From positions 20,956,001-21,020,000 of the forward strand of contig OX597841.1 of NCBI GenBank assembly GCA_951406725.2: DNA of 64,000 bases. The letters run 5' to 3'. The notes under the pieces are model-generated. The model was not told where the DNA came from, searched no databases, and was given only the letters and a program-made list of their open reading frames with translations. The translations under genes were made by a program, and so were the position numbers. Numbering within the stretch: position 1 is the first letter of the stretch; the number at the start of each line of letters is the position of its first letter. Positions 1 to 15,296 of this stretch are shown in pieces. Source of the stretch: Octopus vulgaris. Its lineage: Eukaryota.

Positions 1-75
1 ACAGAGGAAAAAAAAAAATCGCGAACGGTACACACGCGGTCACATACATATATATGTATATATAGATATATATGT

Positions 76-418
76 ATGCATGTGCCATGCTCAAATGGTG
101 TTTTTTATGTGCCACCAGCACAGAATCCAGTCCAGTGGCTTTGGCAACGATCACGCTCGGATGGTGCTCTTAGCGCTCAACTAGCACGGATGCCAGTCAT
201 CGAATTTGATTTCGATTTCAATTTCCCTTGCCTCAACAGGCAAGCAGAGTTTAGTGTCCAATGGAGGAAAAGTACACATAAGTGGACTGGTTACACCCTT
301 GGCATAGGCCACGAGGTTATGGTCTCACCTGGCTTGCCAGGTCTTCTCAAGCACGGCATATTTCCAGAGGTCACGGTCACTAGTCATTGCCTCGGTGAGG
401 CCTAATGTTCGAAGGTCG
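76..418 (-). mobile_element. RTE-clade LINE 3' fragment (ORF C-terminus plus start of 3' UTR)
   Basis: Minus strand ~415-320 reads DLRTLGLTEAMTSDRDLWKYAVLEKTWQAR*, an RTE-like C-terminus. It continues into GAGCACCATCCGAGCGTGATCGTTGCC / GTGGCACATAAAAA motifs shared with the (GAT)n-tailed repeat at 43077-43487. Confidence 0.65.
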
Positions 419-458
<40 letters not shown>

Positions 459-469
459 CTTATATATAC

Positions 470-680
470 TTATATATATGTTTTTGTGTCTGTATTTGTC
501 CCCTTATCATTGCTTCACAACTGATGCTGGTGCGTTTACAGCCCCTTTTGGCAAAAGAGACCGATGGAATAAGTACTAGGCTTACAAAGAATAAGTCCAG
601 GGGTCAATATCTTCATCTAAAAAGCGGTGCTCCTGCATGGCCACAGTCAAAATAACTGAAAGCAGTAAAAGGATAAAAGA
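470..680 (+). mobile_element. SINE family A, 3' half
   Basis: GATGCTGGTG...GGCAAAAGAGACCGATGGAATAAGTACTAGGCTTACAAAGAATAAGTCC...GCGGTGCTCC-GCATGGCCACAGTC matches the 3' half of the full copies. Confidence 0.8.
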
Positions 681-704
681 ATACACACACACACACACAT
701 ACAC

Positions 705-865
705 ATGCAAGAAGCTTTATTAAGTTTCCATCTAGGAAATCCACCAACAAGCCCTTTGTTGGTGCTGGGGCTACAAGTAGATGCTGCTTGCCCAAGGTGC
801 AATGCATTAGGATTGAAACCCAGGCTGCACGGCTGTGGAGCAGACTTCTTCACCACAATCATATG
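705..865 (-). mobile_element. SINE family A, degenerate tRNA-like head
   Basis: Diverged match to the GAAGC..TTTCC..AAATCCAC..CTTGCCCAAGGTGC..CTTCACCACA head sequence. Confidence 0.6.
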
Positions 866-1249
866 TGTCAATCCCATTTACAATCTCTATAACGAAACAT
901 CTTTGGTCCCTGCACTACATCTTCTCTGAAGATGGTCACCTGCACACTCGAGGCTTCGGGTACCGTTCTGTTGCTCTTCCCCCACCTCCAGCTCAGAACC
1001 TCTGTTTATTCCCCTAACTGCTTCCTGTAGTAAACAGATGCATCATTAACCTGCCTTACTTTTCTTTTCTACTTTACCTGTCCCTTTCACACCCACCTAC
1101 ACATTACATCATGTTATATTATTATATATTATGTTATATATTTGTATTTATATTATATATTATTTTATATTACGTTATATATTTGTTTATGCACATCTGT
1201 GACTGATCTCATAATAAATGAGCTCATGTGTTTATCTATGAACGTGCGT

Positions 1250-4092
<2,843 letters not shown>

Positions 4093-4122
4093 CAAGAAAA
4101 AAGCAACAAAAATGGATCAATA

Positions 4123-4212
4123 TTTCGGTACGATTGTTTCGTACGAAGACCAGCTTTATTAAGGCTGCAAATATTGCAGCAAATATAAGTGACCCGTACT
4201 CATCAGCCGAAA
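4123..4212 (-). ncRNA. Type I hammerhead ribozyme with canonical core and extended stem II
   Basis: Minus strand: TTTCGG-CTGATGA-GTACG...(49 nt containing the GCTGCAATATTTGCAGC hairpin)...CGTAC-GAAAC-aatc-GTA-CCGAAA. Stem I is TTTCGG/CCGAAA, stem II GTACG/CGTAC, stem III is minimal, and the GUA cleavage site lies between 4129 and 4128. Confidence 0.75.
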
Positions 4213-4346
4213 AAACATCTGAGTTCTCCAAACATCTAAGGGGGTGAGGCTACACTCCTGAAACATCAGGGATAGTTCTATAAAAATAAGATTTAGGTAA
4301 CAAATGGACTTCCATGTATATATATATGTGTGTGTGTGTATATATG

Positions 4347-4395
<49 letters not shown>

Positions 4396-4597
4396 GTATA
4401 TATATATATATATATAGTAAAAATAATTGAAAGGGCAAGCAACAGGCTGCTTCGCCGCATACCGAAGGAATTAGAAATGGCAATCAAAAACCTTTTTTTC
4501 CATTTTCTATAAGTGGAGATTCCATATACGACGGACCCCGCGATTCACATACGCAAAATCGGAGTAGCAAATAAACGAAAACAATCTCTTACCGTTA

Positions 4598-4659
4598 ATA
4601 GTGAACATGTTTCTAGATCACAAGCTCGAAAATAGCTTGATTTCCTTCGTCGACACTAT
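4598..4659 (-). ncRNA. Hammerhead-like motif with variant core (TCGACGA)
   Basis: Minus strand: ATAGTG-TCGACGA-aggaaatCAAGC..GCTTGtgatcta-GAAACATGTT-CACTAT. 6-bp stem I and palindromic ACATGT stem III, but positions 3-4 are non-canonical. Confidence 0.45.
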
Positions 4660-4801
4660 ATTCGATAGATTTACCAAATGCCACAAGCCCTCACCTCTGA
4701 CCAAGCGACATCAGATAGTGGGGGGGGAAGTGTGCAGATGTTAAAACTAAGTAATGACTGGGAATGTAAATTTTCCCTCCAAAATTCTGCCATGCGCGCC
4801 G

Positions 4802-4836
<35 letters not shown>

Positions 4837-4989
4837 GCAAATAGATTAGATATATTTCTCTTCTCCATATTTGTCATTTAATGTCTCTCTATTCCATGCT
4901 GGTCTGGTTCAGTTAGTTTCACAAGTTCCAACAAACCTTCAATGTCAGCCTTGGCCTGGTGTACTCGAGTACTTTTGGTTTTTCAGTGG

Positions 4990-5405
4990 CACCAGCACTA
5001 GTGAGGTAGCCAAATATCTTGCAAGATGAGGGAAGTGGCTTTATGCCAGGTGAAGAAAGGCATGGACGACTTGCTATGGAGGAGATACACGAGTTATTCG
5101 CATTGTGTAAGGGTTGGTGAAGCTGGCAAGCTAGCAGAGCCGTTGGTGCAGTTGTATTTAATCTGTCTTTATGTTCTGAGTTCAAATTGTACTGAGGTCA
5201 GCTTTGCATTTTAGGGTTAAGGAGAATGTGAAGCCAGTGTTGTTTCTCCACCTTTATAATGTGGTGAACTGGTAGAATCGTTAGCACGCCTGGCAAAATG
5301 CAATGTGGCATTGTTTTTCTAGTTTTATGTTCAGAGTTCAAATTCTGCCAAGGCCGACTTTGCCTTCATCCTTTCAGGGTTGTAAAAATAAGCACCAGTT
5401 GAGCA
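4990..5405 (+). mobile_element. SINE family B fragments (two degenerate copies)
   Basis: CTGGTAGAATCGTTAGCACGCC...GTTC(T/A)GAGTTCAAATT...GACTTTGCCTT-CATCCTTTC, as in 35689-36220. Confidence 0.65.
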
Positions 5406-5529
5406 GATTCAACTAAACCAGCAGCAGTTCAGTGACTAAAATGTGTTGGAGGTGATTCGGGTGAACAAATTTGTCATGGCTCTCTGTGTGGCGAGCTGAG
5501 AGTGGGGGCTTATGCAAACATTCAAAAGT

Positions 5530-5963
5530 AGATGTTATGCTGCTGCTGCTGATGATGATGATGATGGTGGTGGTGGTGATGGTGATGATGATGACGATGA
5601 TTATGATGATGGTGATGATAATGACGATGATGATTATGATGGTGATGATGATGATGATGATGATTATGGTGATGATGATGGTGATAGTGATGGTGGTAAT
5701 GATGATGGTGGTGATGATGTTGATGATGATGATTATGATGACAATGATTATAATGATGGTGATGGTGATAATGATGATGGTAATGATGATGGTGGTAATG
5801 ATGATGATTATGATGACAATGATTATGATGATGGTGATGATGATAATGATGATGGTGGTGATGATGGTGAGGATGATGCTGGTGGTGTTGTTGGTGGTGG
5901 TGGTGATGATGATGATGATGATGATGGTGGTGATGATGATGGTGGTGATGGTGATGGTGATGA
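5530..5963. repeat. (GAT/GGT)n trinucleotide microsatellite
   Basis: Seen directly. Confidence 0.95.
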
Positions 5964-6164
5964 CAGACTGTCGAATATTTTCAAATCTGTCCCCTGTTGT
6001 TCTACATTCCAACCCTCTCCTGTTTGTTACATAGATGTAAGTCCTCCAAACATCTTTTGATCACATAATACAAAACATTATTTTATACAGCAAGGCCCCA
6101 CACTGTGATCAATAAAGAAACCACTGTTAATTTTTATTAATATTATTATAATAATAAATACTCA

Positions 6165-6312
6165 ATATTATTATTATTTTATTGCATGTTTTCACTGTAT
6201 CACAGAGTGCAGCTCTGTGTGCCTTGGGCACGTGCTGTGGTTTTGCTTTGGTGTTGTTATTTTGAATGTATTGAGAATGCTCCACTGTGCCTCACAGTGT
6301 TATTTTCTGTTA
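6165..6312 (-). mobile_element. Possible R4/Dong-like LINE extreme 3' end next to (TAA)n
   Basis: Minus strand reads QKITL*GT..., resembling the C-terminal QK..LLGT motif of RLE-type LINEs, and ends in an AAT-repeat tract. Confidence 0.35.
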
Positions 6313-6318
6313 TATATA

Positions 6319-6831
6319 TCTATATATATAAAACTGTAGTTATGTGAGTGTCTGTCCCCTTCGATTTAGATTCCTAACTCCTCCCACATTTTGCGGTGCA
6401 GTTTAACCAAATTCAGGTATCTTATAGTCGCGATTCATATCGAGCCCGTCTGAATATTAGCGCGCGTCTACGATGAGTCTACGATTTTAAAAATAATTTA
6501 ACATCATTTTTTATTCCATTTTAATGCACATTTTTTCGTGTGTCGATGGCGGCGGAGTTGGCGTCCATGGTCACACCTGCACCTGTTTGCTTCTCCCCTT
6601 TCTTCCCTCCCTCGTGAAGCTGTGGGGAAGGGAGTGTAAGGAAATCAACGTCGTAATGCGTTGTCAAGGAGACCAGCGTTCTTTTAGAACAACGACTTCA
6701 TGGCTTGAAGGCACCAAAACAGAAATGGCTAAGAAAGCCCGAATTGGCATCTATAAGGGAAGTAACTCTCTAAAAATGCTTATATAGTTATTTCCCTTAC
6801 AAACCCGAGCAACGCCGGGCGATACTGCTAG
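6319..6831 (+). mobile_element. Non-autonomous Helitron
   Basis: 5' A|TCTATATATATAAAACTG; subterminal hairpin CCCGAGCAACGCCGGG; 3' CTAG|T; no TSD. Near-identical copy at 62077-62590. Confidence 0.85.
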
Positions 6832-6964
6832 TTTTTAATAAGTCCTGGAAATTTGATTTTGTATTTGTCTGCCTGTTTTTTTAATCATACCTACAGCCCC
6901 TAATTTTGTGGTGACTGTCTTTCCTTTCAGGCGCCACATTCAGGTTATCTCTATTTCCAGATCT

Positions 6965-7342
6965 TTTTTACTCTTTTAATCTTTTACTTGTTTCAGTCAT
7001 TTGACTGCGGCCGTGCTGGAGCACCGCCTTATTCTTTTTGTAAGCCCAGTACTTATTCTACCGGTCTCGCTAAGTGACGGGGACGTAAACACACCAGCAT
7101 CGGTTGTCAAGCGATGTTGGGGGGTACAAACACAGACACACAAACACATACACATACATATATATATATATATATATACATATATACGACAGTCTTCTTT
7201 CAGTTTCCGTCTACCAAATCCACTCACAAGGCATTGGTCGGCCCGGGGCTATAGCAGAAGATACTTGCCCAAGATGCCACGCAGTGGGACTGAACCCGGA
7301 AACATGTGGTTGGTTAGCAAGCTACTTACCACACAGCCACTC
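6965..7342 (-). mobile_element. SINE family A, near full length
   Basis: A-box TGGCTGTGTGGT, B-box GGTTCAGTCCC, internal (TA/TG)n, 3' tail GGCGGTGCTCCAGCA..GACTGAAACAAGTAAAAG. Confidence 0.9.
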
Positions 7343-7451
7343 CAGATCTTTTTTTTTTTTTTGAGAGTTTTTCCATTTCTTTTAGCAATAGATTGTCAGC
7401 TGTTGTCGTTCTGGCCTTAGGTTCTGAGGTCAAATTCCAACAAGATTGACT

Positions 7452-7520
7452 TTGTAGCCCCAGGACCAACAAAGGGCTTGTTGGTGGATTTAGTAGATGG
7501 AAACTTAATAAAGCTTCTTG

Positions 7521-7558
<38 letters not shown>

Positions 7559-7755
7559 CTTTTATCCTTTTACTGCTTTCAGTTATTTTGACTGTGGCCA
7601 TGCAGGAGCACCGCTTTTTAGATGAAGATATTGACCCCTGGACTTATTCTTTGTAAGCCTAGTACTTATTCTATCAGTCTCTTTTGCCAAAAGGGGCTGT
7701 AAATGCACCAGCATCAGTTGTGAAGCAATAGTGAGAGGACACAAAAACATATATA
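7452..7755. repeat. Inverted copy of the SINE chimera at ~470-775
   Basis: Reverse complement of 470-775, including private variants (ACAGCCCCTTTTGGC, AATATCTTCATCTAAAAAGCGG, GAAGCTTTATTAAG). Confidence 0.8.
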
Positions 7756-7763
7756 TAAGTATG

Positions 7764-7804
<41 letters not shown>

Positions 7805-7844
7805 CCGTGGGCAATAAATAAATAAATTATTATTATTAAGTGAG

Positions 7845-8110
7845 AATGCATGGCCTGGTGGTTAAGGCATTGCACTCCTCGCAAACATGAGATTCCGGTT
7901 TCAATTCCCAGACTGGGTGGTGTGCTGTGCTCTAGAGCAATACCCTTCATCTCACATTGCTCTGCAATTACTTCGACACCTGATGCGCAGTACACTGCAC
8001 ACCTGTTCAGGCAACGTCAACTTGCTGCAGAGAAATGAACTCAAGTGCAGCGCATAAATCTGATCACAGTAAGCAAATCCTTTGTGAAACATCATTCAGC
8101 AAAAAGCTGA
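7845..8110 (+). mobile_element. tRNA-derived SINE, family D (CORE-like body)
   Basis: TGGCCTGGTGGTTAAGG A-box, GTTTCAATTCCC B-box, then GAGCAA..CTTCATCTCACATTGCTC. Related copies at 14230-14400, 22145-22390 and 33080-33330. Confidence 0.6.
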
Positions 8111-8343
8111 ATGCTCGTACGTCAACCTCGACGGTAGAGGCCGTCATTATTATAGCTAATGATATTAAGACTGTACTTAACTGTCTCTTGTGAGCTTTTG
8201 CTACCCCCTCCTCACTCACCCACTGCCTGCTGGGTTCCTGAAGTGTGTGCATGATTGTCGCTTTTCAGTTCTGTTATTTTTGCCCCCAAATTGTTTTTAT
8301 ATAACCATGTGCATAGATCACCCCCTGTATCTTGTATATATAT

Positions 8344-8399
<56 letters not shown>

Positions 8400-8449
8400 T
8401 TGTGTGCATGTATGTGTTTGTATTTATACACATACACAAAATGTGTGAG

Positions 8450-8481
<32 letters not shown>

Positions 8482-8632
8482 CATGTAAATATATAACGTG
8501 TGTGCACATTTATATATGAATATATATATATATATATATATACACACGTCTATAAACATAAATATATGTGTGGTTGTGGGTACATGTATGTACCCACAAG
8601 TGTCTATGTGTGTGTGTATATATATGTGTGTG

Positions 8633-8678
<46 letters not shown>

Positions 8679-8776
8679 TGTAAATATATATAATGTGTGC
8701 ACATGTGTATATGAATATATATATCTCAGTGAGTATGTGATGTGTGTGTGTGTGTGCATGCGTATATGTATATGTA

Positions 8777-8828
<52 letters not shown>

Positions 8829-8917
8829 AACTGGCTTCATGAGACTGATATAATTTGTTTGGAGAAGCTAGCTTTAATGATAAAACTTCGAAGTAAACAT
8901 TGGCTATTAATATTGAA

Positions 8918-8970
<53 letters not shown>

Positions 8971-9106
8971 ACACACACACACACATACGTAATATGTTTG
9001 TTGTTTCTTTGCAAATTGGTATCAGTGTTTCAGCTATGATATCATCAATTTAATGATATCAGTAGTTGAAAGAACATGGCCAATTTGTAAGCAAGCAAAC
9101 AATGTA

Positions 9107-9179
<73 letters not shown>

Positions 9180-9324
9180 ACATACCCACAGTCCCTGAGG
9201 TATCTAATCTGTTTACTTTCTCTACCCCCGGGTTTTATCACGTCTCATGTAAGATACATAACACACACACTTACACACACACACACACACACACACATAT
9301 GCAAAATTTTTATTAGATATTATT

Positions 9325-9359
<35 letters not shown>

Positions 9360-9456
9360 TTGGGTATGTATACATTTATATGTATGTGTATATGCGTGTG
9401 TATATGTATATATATGTTATATACATCTATGATATTTATTATATAATATATATTTA

Positions 9457-9499
<43 letters not shown>

Positions 9500-9621
9500 A
9501 TATATGTATATGTTTATATGTACGTGTGTATATATATGTGTGTGTGTGTGTGTGTGTTGTACATGTATCTTTCATATATATTATTTAAATGAAATGTTTA
9601 TCTTGTGTGTGTATGGACCTC

Positions 9622-9668
<47 letters not shown>

Positions 9669-10203
9669 AAACATCGCTGTCAGGAAACCCAACCCACCGT
9701 TCCCCTCCCCTCCCCTCCCCACTCACCTGTTCCCCTCCCTCCCCGTCTCCAGACACCTCCTCCTCCTTCGATCCACACATCCACCCTCTCTCTCTCCACC
9801 CACCCGCTCTCTCTCTTTCTCTTTTTTCTTCACTTCTTTTTCTTTTTCTTCTTTTTTTTCCTTTTCCTTTTCGTTTCCCCCACCCACCCCACCCAACACG
9901 TTTTCCAGTGATGCATCGTCAATCTATCTCTGCTGACATCAGCAGTGCATAACTTTCTACTCCGATGCACTTCTGCACTGTGCAGCCTTTCTGCAACAGA
10001 CAGCTACGGTTACGAATGACGGGGTATGGTGGCAGTGTGTGTGTGTGTGTGTGTGTGTTTCTGTGATTCAGTGTCTGGTGGTGGTCGTGGTGGTGGTGGT
10101 GGTGGTGGTGGTGGTGGTGGTTATTGATGATCTGTAGTATTAGTATTGGGGGGCGGTGTATTTGTAGACAGAGATGAATAACTGTAGTATGGATACAGAA
10201 GAC

Positions 10204-11783
10204 GCCAGAATGTGATTTGAGGGAGATTTGGCTGCTATTTCTAGCATCTACTTACTATACAGAGGTTACCCTCCATTGCCTCGCCAGAATGTGATTTGAG
10301 GGAGATTTGACTGCTATTTCTAGCATCTACTTACTATACAGAGGTTACCCTCCATTGCCTCGCCAGAATGTGATTTGAGGGAGATTTGACTGCTATTTCT
10401 AGCATCTACTTACTATACAGAGGTTACCCTCCATTGCCTCGCCAGAATGTGATTTGAGGGAGATTTGACTGCTATTTCTAGCATCTACTTACTATACAGA
10501 GGTTACCCTCCATTGCCTCGCCAGAATGTGATTTGAGGGAGATTTGACTGCTATTTCTAGCATCTACTTACTATACAGAGGTTACCCTCCATTGCCTCGC
10601 CAGAATGTGATTTGAGGGAGATTTGACTGCTATTTCTAGCATCTACTTACTATACAGAGGTTACCCTCCATTGCCTCGCCAGAATGTGATTTGAGGGAGA
10701 TTTGACTGCTATTTCTAGCATCTACTTACTATACAGAGGTTACCCTCCATTGCCTCGCCAGAATGTGATTTGAGGGAGATTTGACTGCTATTTCTAGCAT
10801 CTACTTACTATACAGAGGTTACCCTCCATTGCCTCACCAGAATGTGATTTGAGGGAGATTTGACTGCTATTTCTAGCATCTACTTACTATACAGAGGTTA
10901 CCCTCCATTGCCTCGCCAGAATGTGATTTGAGGGAGATTTGACTGCTATTTCTAGCATCTACTTACTATACAGAGGTTACCCTCCATTGCCTCGCCAGAA
11001 TGTGATTTGAGGGAGATTTGACTGCTATTTCTAGCATCTACTTACTATACAGAGGTTACCCTCCATTGCCTCGCCAGAATGTGATTTGAGGGAGATTTGA
11101 CTGCTATTTCTAGCATCTACTTACTATACAGAGGTTACCCTCCATTGCCTCGCCAGAATGTGATTTGAGGGAGATTTGACTGCTATTTCTAGCATCTACT
11201 TACTATACAGAGGTTACCCTCCATTGCCTCGCCAGAATGTGATTTGAGGGAGATTTGACTGCTATTTCTAGCATCTACTTACTATACAGAGGTTACCCTC
11301 CATTGCCTCGCCAGAATGTGATTTGAGGGAGATTTGACTGCTATTTCTAGCATCTACTTACTATACAGAGGTTACCCTCCATTGCCTCGCCAGAATGTGA
11401 TTTGAGGGAGATTTGACTGCTATTTCTAGCATCTACTTACTATACAGAGGTTACCCTCCATTGCCTCGCCAGAATGTGATTTGAGGGAGATTTGGCTGCT
11501 ATTTCTAGCATCTACTTACTATACAGAGGTTACCCTCCATTGCCTCGCCAGAATGTGATTTGAGGGAGATTTGACTGCTATTTCTAGCATCTACTTACTA
11601 TACAGAGGTTACCCTCCATTGCCTCGCCAGAATGTGATTTGAGGGAGATTTGACTGCTATTTCTAGCATCTACTTACTATACAGAGGTTACCCTCCATTG
11701 CCTCGCCAGAATGTGATTTGAGGGAGATTTGACTGCTATTTCTAGCATCTACTTACTATACAGAGGTTACCCTCCATTGCCTC
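10204..11783. repeat. 79-bp minisatellite, 20 near-identical copies
   Basis: Unit GCCAGAATGTGATTTGAGGGAGATTTGACTGCTATTTCTAGCATCTACTTACTATACAGAGGTTACCCTCCATTGCCTC, 1580 bp in total, no spacers. Confidence 0.97.
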
Positions 11784-11811
11784 ATAAATATGTATGTCAT
11801 TATTCAAGTCG

Positions 11812-11990
11812 TTAAGTGGCAGACTCGTTAGCACCCTGGATGAAATGCTTGGCGTTATTTCGCCCATCGTTATATTCTGAGTTCAAATCCCACCAAAGTG
11901 GACTTTGCCTTTCATCCTTTCGGGGTCGGTGTAATTCGACTAGTCCCCTGCCCCAAAATTTCAGGCCTTGTGCCTAAAGTAGAAAGGATT
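11812..11990 (+). mobile_element. SINE family B
   Basis: GGCAGACTCGTTAGCAC..TTCTGAGTTCAAATCC..GACTTTGCCTTTCATCCTTTCGGGGTCG. Confidence 0.7.
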
Positions 11991-12095
11991 GTTCAGTTTT
12001 ATTTCAAGACTTCTTGCCAATAAAATGCTGATTTCTAACCAAGACCCTTCATTGGAATTTCAACATCAACAACAGGGTAATTTTTTTTTTTATTT

Positions 12096-12450
12096 AGGAG
12101 TGGCTGTGTGGTAAGTAGCCTGCTAACCAACCACATGGTTCCGGGTTCAGTCCCACTGTGTGGCATCTTGGGCAAGTGTCTTCTGCTATAGCCCAGGGCC
12201 GACCAATGCCTTGTGAGTGGATTTGGTAGACAGAAACTGAAAGAAGCCCATCGTATATATCTATATATATATATATATTGGCGCAGGGGTGGCTGTGCGG
12301 TAAGTAGCCTGCTAACCAACCACATGGTTCCGGGTTCAGTCCCACTGCGTGGCACCTTGGGCAAGTGTCTTCTACTATAGCCCCGGGCCGACCAATGCCT
12401 TGTGAGTGGATTTGGTAGACGGAAACTGAAAGAAGCCCATCGTATATATC

Positions 12451-12481
<31 letters not shown>

Positions 12482-12700
12482 TTGTGTGTCTGTGTTTGTC
12501 TCCCTAGCATTGCTTGACAACCGACGCTGGTGTGTTTACGTCCCCGTCACTTAGCGGTTCGGCAAAAGAGACCGATAGAATAAGTACTGGGCTTACAAAG
12601 AATAAGTCCCGGGGTTGATTTGCTCGACTAAAAGGCGGTGCTCCAGCATGGCCGCAGTCAAATGACTGAAACAAGTAAAAGAGTAAAAGAGTAAAGAGAG
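12096..12700 (+). mobile_element. SINE family A with a duplicated head
   Basis: Head at 12096-12255, then (TA)n, then a full copy at 12280-12700 with a (GAGTAAAA)n tail. Confidence 0.9.
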
Positions 12701-12859
12701 TATATATATGCAGATTTGTATGTTTTGCTTCATGTGTGTATTCTCATGCATATAGTTACATATCTAAACAAGCTCATATATATTTAAATGCTAAAATTAT
12801 GGAAAGTCTTACAGATTTTTACAGTTCCAGTGATGGGTTGGATCTGTCTGTCTGTCTGT

Positions 12860-13480
12860 TTGTATGCATGTATGTATGTATGTATGTATGTATGTATGTA
12901 TGCATGTATGTATGTATGTATGTATGTATGTATGTATGCATGTATGTATGTATGTATGTATGTATGTATGTATGTATGTATGTATGTATATATGTATGCA
13001 TGTATGCATGTATGTATGTACGTATGCATGTATGTATGTATGTATGTATGTATGTATGTATGTATGTATGTACGTATGTATGTATGTATGTATGTATGCA
13101 TGCATGTATGTATGTATGTATGTATGTATGTATGTATGCATGTATGTATGTATGTATGTATGTATGTATGTATGTATGTATGTATGTATGTATGTATGTA
13201 TGTATGTATGTATGTGTGTATGTATGTATGTATGTATGCATGCATGTATGTATGTATGTATGTATGTATGCATGTATGCATGTATGCATGTATGTATGTA
13301 CGTATGCATGTATGTATGTACGTATGTATGTATGTATGTATGTATGTGTGTATGTATGTATGTATGTATGTATGTATGTGTGTATGTATGTATGTATGTA
13401 TGCATGTATGTATGTATGCATGTATACATGTATGTATGCATGTATGTATGCATGTGTGTATTTATGTATGCATGTGCGTA
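12860..13480. repeat. (TATG)n tetranucleotide microsatellite
   Basis: Seen directly. Confidence 0.95.
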
Positions 13481-13482
13481 TG

Positions 13483-13819
13483 CTGACCAATGCTTTGTGA
13501 GTGGATTTGGTAGACGGAAACTGAAAGAAGCCAGTCGTATATCATCATCATCATCATCATCATTTAACGTCCGCTTTCCATGCTATCATGGGTTGGACGA
13601 TTTGACTGAGGTCTGGCGAACCAGACTCCAGTCTGATCTGGCAGAGTTTCTACAGCTGGATGCCCTTCCTAATGCCAACCACTCCAAGAGTGTAGTGGAT
13701 GCTTTTACGTGCCACCGGCACGAGGGCCAGTCAGGTGGTACTAGCAACGGCCATGCCCAAATGGTGTTTTTTTACGTGCCACCTTCACAGGAGCCTGTCC
13801 GGTGGCACTGGCATGTATG

Positions 13820-13854
<35 letters not shown>

Positions 13855-14056
13855 GTTTGTGTGTCTGTGTTTGTCCCCCTAGCATTGCTTGACAACCGAT
13901 GCTGGTGTGTTTACGTCCCCGTCACATAGCGGTTCGGCAAAAGAGACCGATAGAATAAGTACTGGGCTTACAAAAGAATAAGTCCCGGGGTCGATTTGCT
14001 TGACTAAAGGCGGTGCTCCAGCATGGCCGCAGTCAAATGGCTGAAACAAGTAAAGA
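13483..14056 (+). mobile_element. SINE family A split by an RTE 3' UTR insertion (13541-13812, minus strand)
   Basis: SINE head end, then (CAT)n-TTTAACGTCCGCTTTCCATGC..CTGGATGCCCTTCCTAATGCCAACCAC, then the SINE 3' half. Confidence 0.8.
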
Positions 14057-15256
14057 GAGAGAGAGAGAGAGAGTTATAAGACTCAGTATGACTCAAAGTA
14101 CAAGCGTATGCTTTATGAGATGTGTGGACCAGAATCACTTGATTACATAAAGAGGAGTGAGAGTCAGAGATGCCAATAGTTGAAGAGTCAGAGTCAGATT
14201 TGAAGCTTTTTGTTTCGACTCCACGGCCCTGGTCGTGAGTTCAATTCCTGGCCTCGCAGTGTGTCCTCGAGCAAGACACTTTATTTCACTCTATTGCCCC
14301 AGTCCACTCAGCTGACAAAATTACAGTTGTACCTGTAATACAATGGGGTCAGCCTTGTCACATTCTGCTGTGTTACGCTGAATCTCCACGAGAACTTGCT
14401 CTCTGTCTCTGTATCTCCCCCCTTCTTTCTCTCCCTCTCTCTCCTTCCCCCCCTCTCCTATCTTTCATCATTACTCCCTTCTGTGTCTCTGTTCCTCCTG
14501 CTCTCTCCCTCCCCCTCTCTCTTTCTCTCTGACCCTCTCCCTCTTTGTCTCCCCATCTCTTCCTTGGTCTGTTTCTGTGTGTGTCTCTCTCTCTCCCTCA
14601 TCTCTCTCTCTTCCTCTCACTCTCTCTCTCTCTCTTCCTGCCATTCTTTCTCTGTCTCTCTCTTTGGCATCTGTGTAAAATTAAAGACATGTAAAGCAAT
14701 GAGTGGAGGGGTGGAGGGGGAGAGTAGAGAAGCTGAAGGTTATTAGAAGGTGGTGGTCGGGGTGGTGGTAAGGGTGGTAAGAGTGGCAATGGAGGTGGTG
14801 GTGGTGGTGGTGGTAAGGGTGGTGATGGAGGTGGTGGTGGTGGTGGTAAGGGTGGTGATGGAGGTGGTGGTGGTAAGGGTGGCGATGAAGATGGTGATGG
14901 TAAGGGTGGCGATGGAGGTAGTGGTGGTGGTGGTGGTAAGGATGGCGATGAAGGTGGTGGTGGTGGTAAGGGTGGTGATGGTAAGGGTGCGATGGAGGTG
15001 GTGATGGTAAGGGTGGCGATGGAGGTGGTGGTGGTAAGGGTGGCGATGAAGGTGGTGGTGGTGGCACATTTAGGATGGAAACAAGATGGAAAACCATTAA
15101 CAGTCTTGGCAGGATGTTTGAACACCTGGGTACACACACACACATTGTACACACATGCACACAAACACACTTGTACATACACATGCACACACTCACACAC
15201 ATGCGCTCAAACACATTCATGCACGCACTCAAATGCACACTCCTACATACATACAT

Positions 15257-15296
<40 letters not shown>

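Noticed and set aside
880-970. GAAAC...GTC...CTGAAGA as a hammerhead
   Set aside because: No convincing stems I or II could be formed.
10204-11783. CRISPR-like regular array
   Set aside because: The units are contiguous and near-identical with no unique spacers; there are no cas genes and the context is eukaryotic.
12035-12520. Recurrent ORFs such as [27 protein letters not shown]
   Set aside because: These are antisense translations of SINE A, not a gene family.
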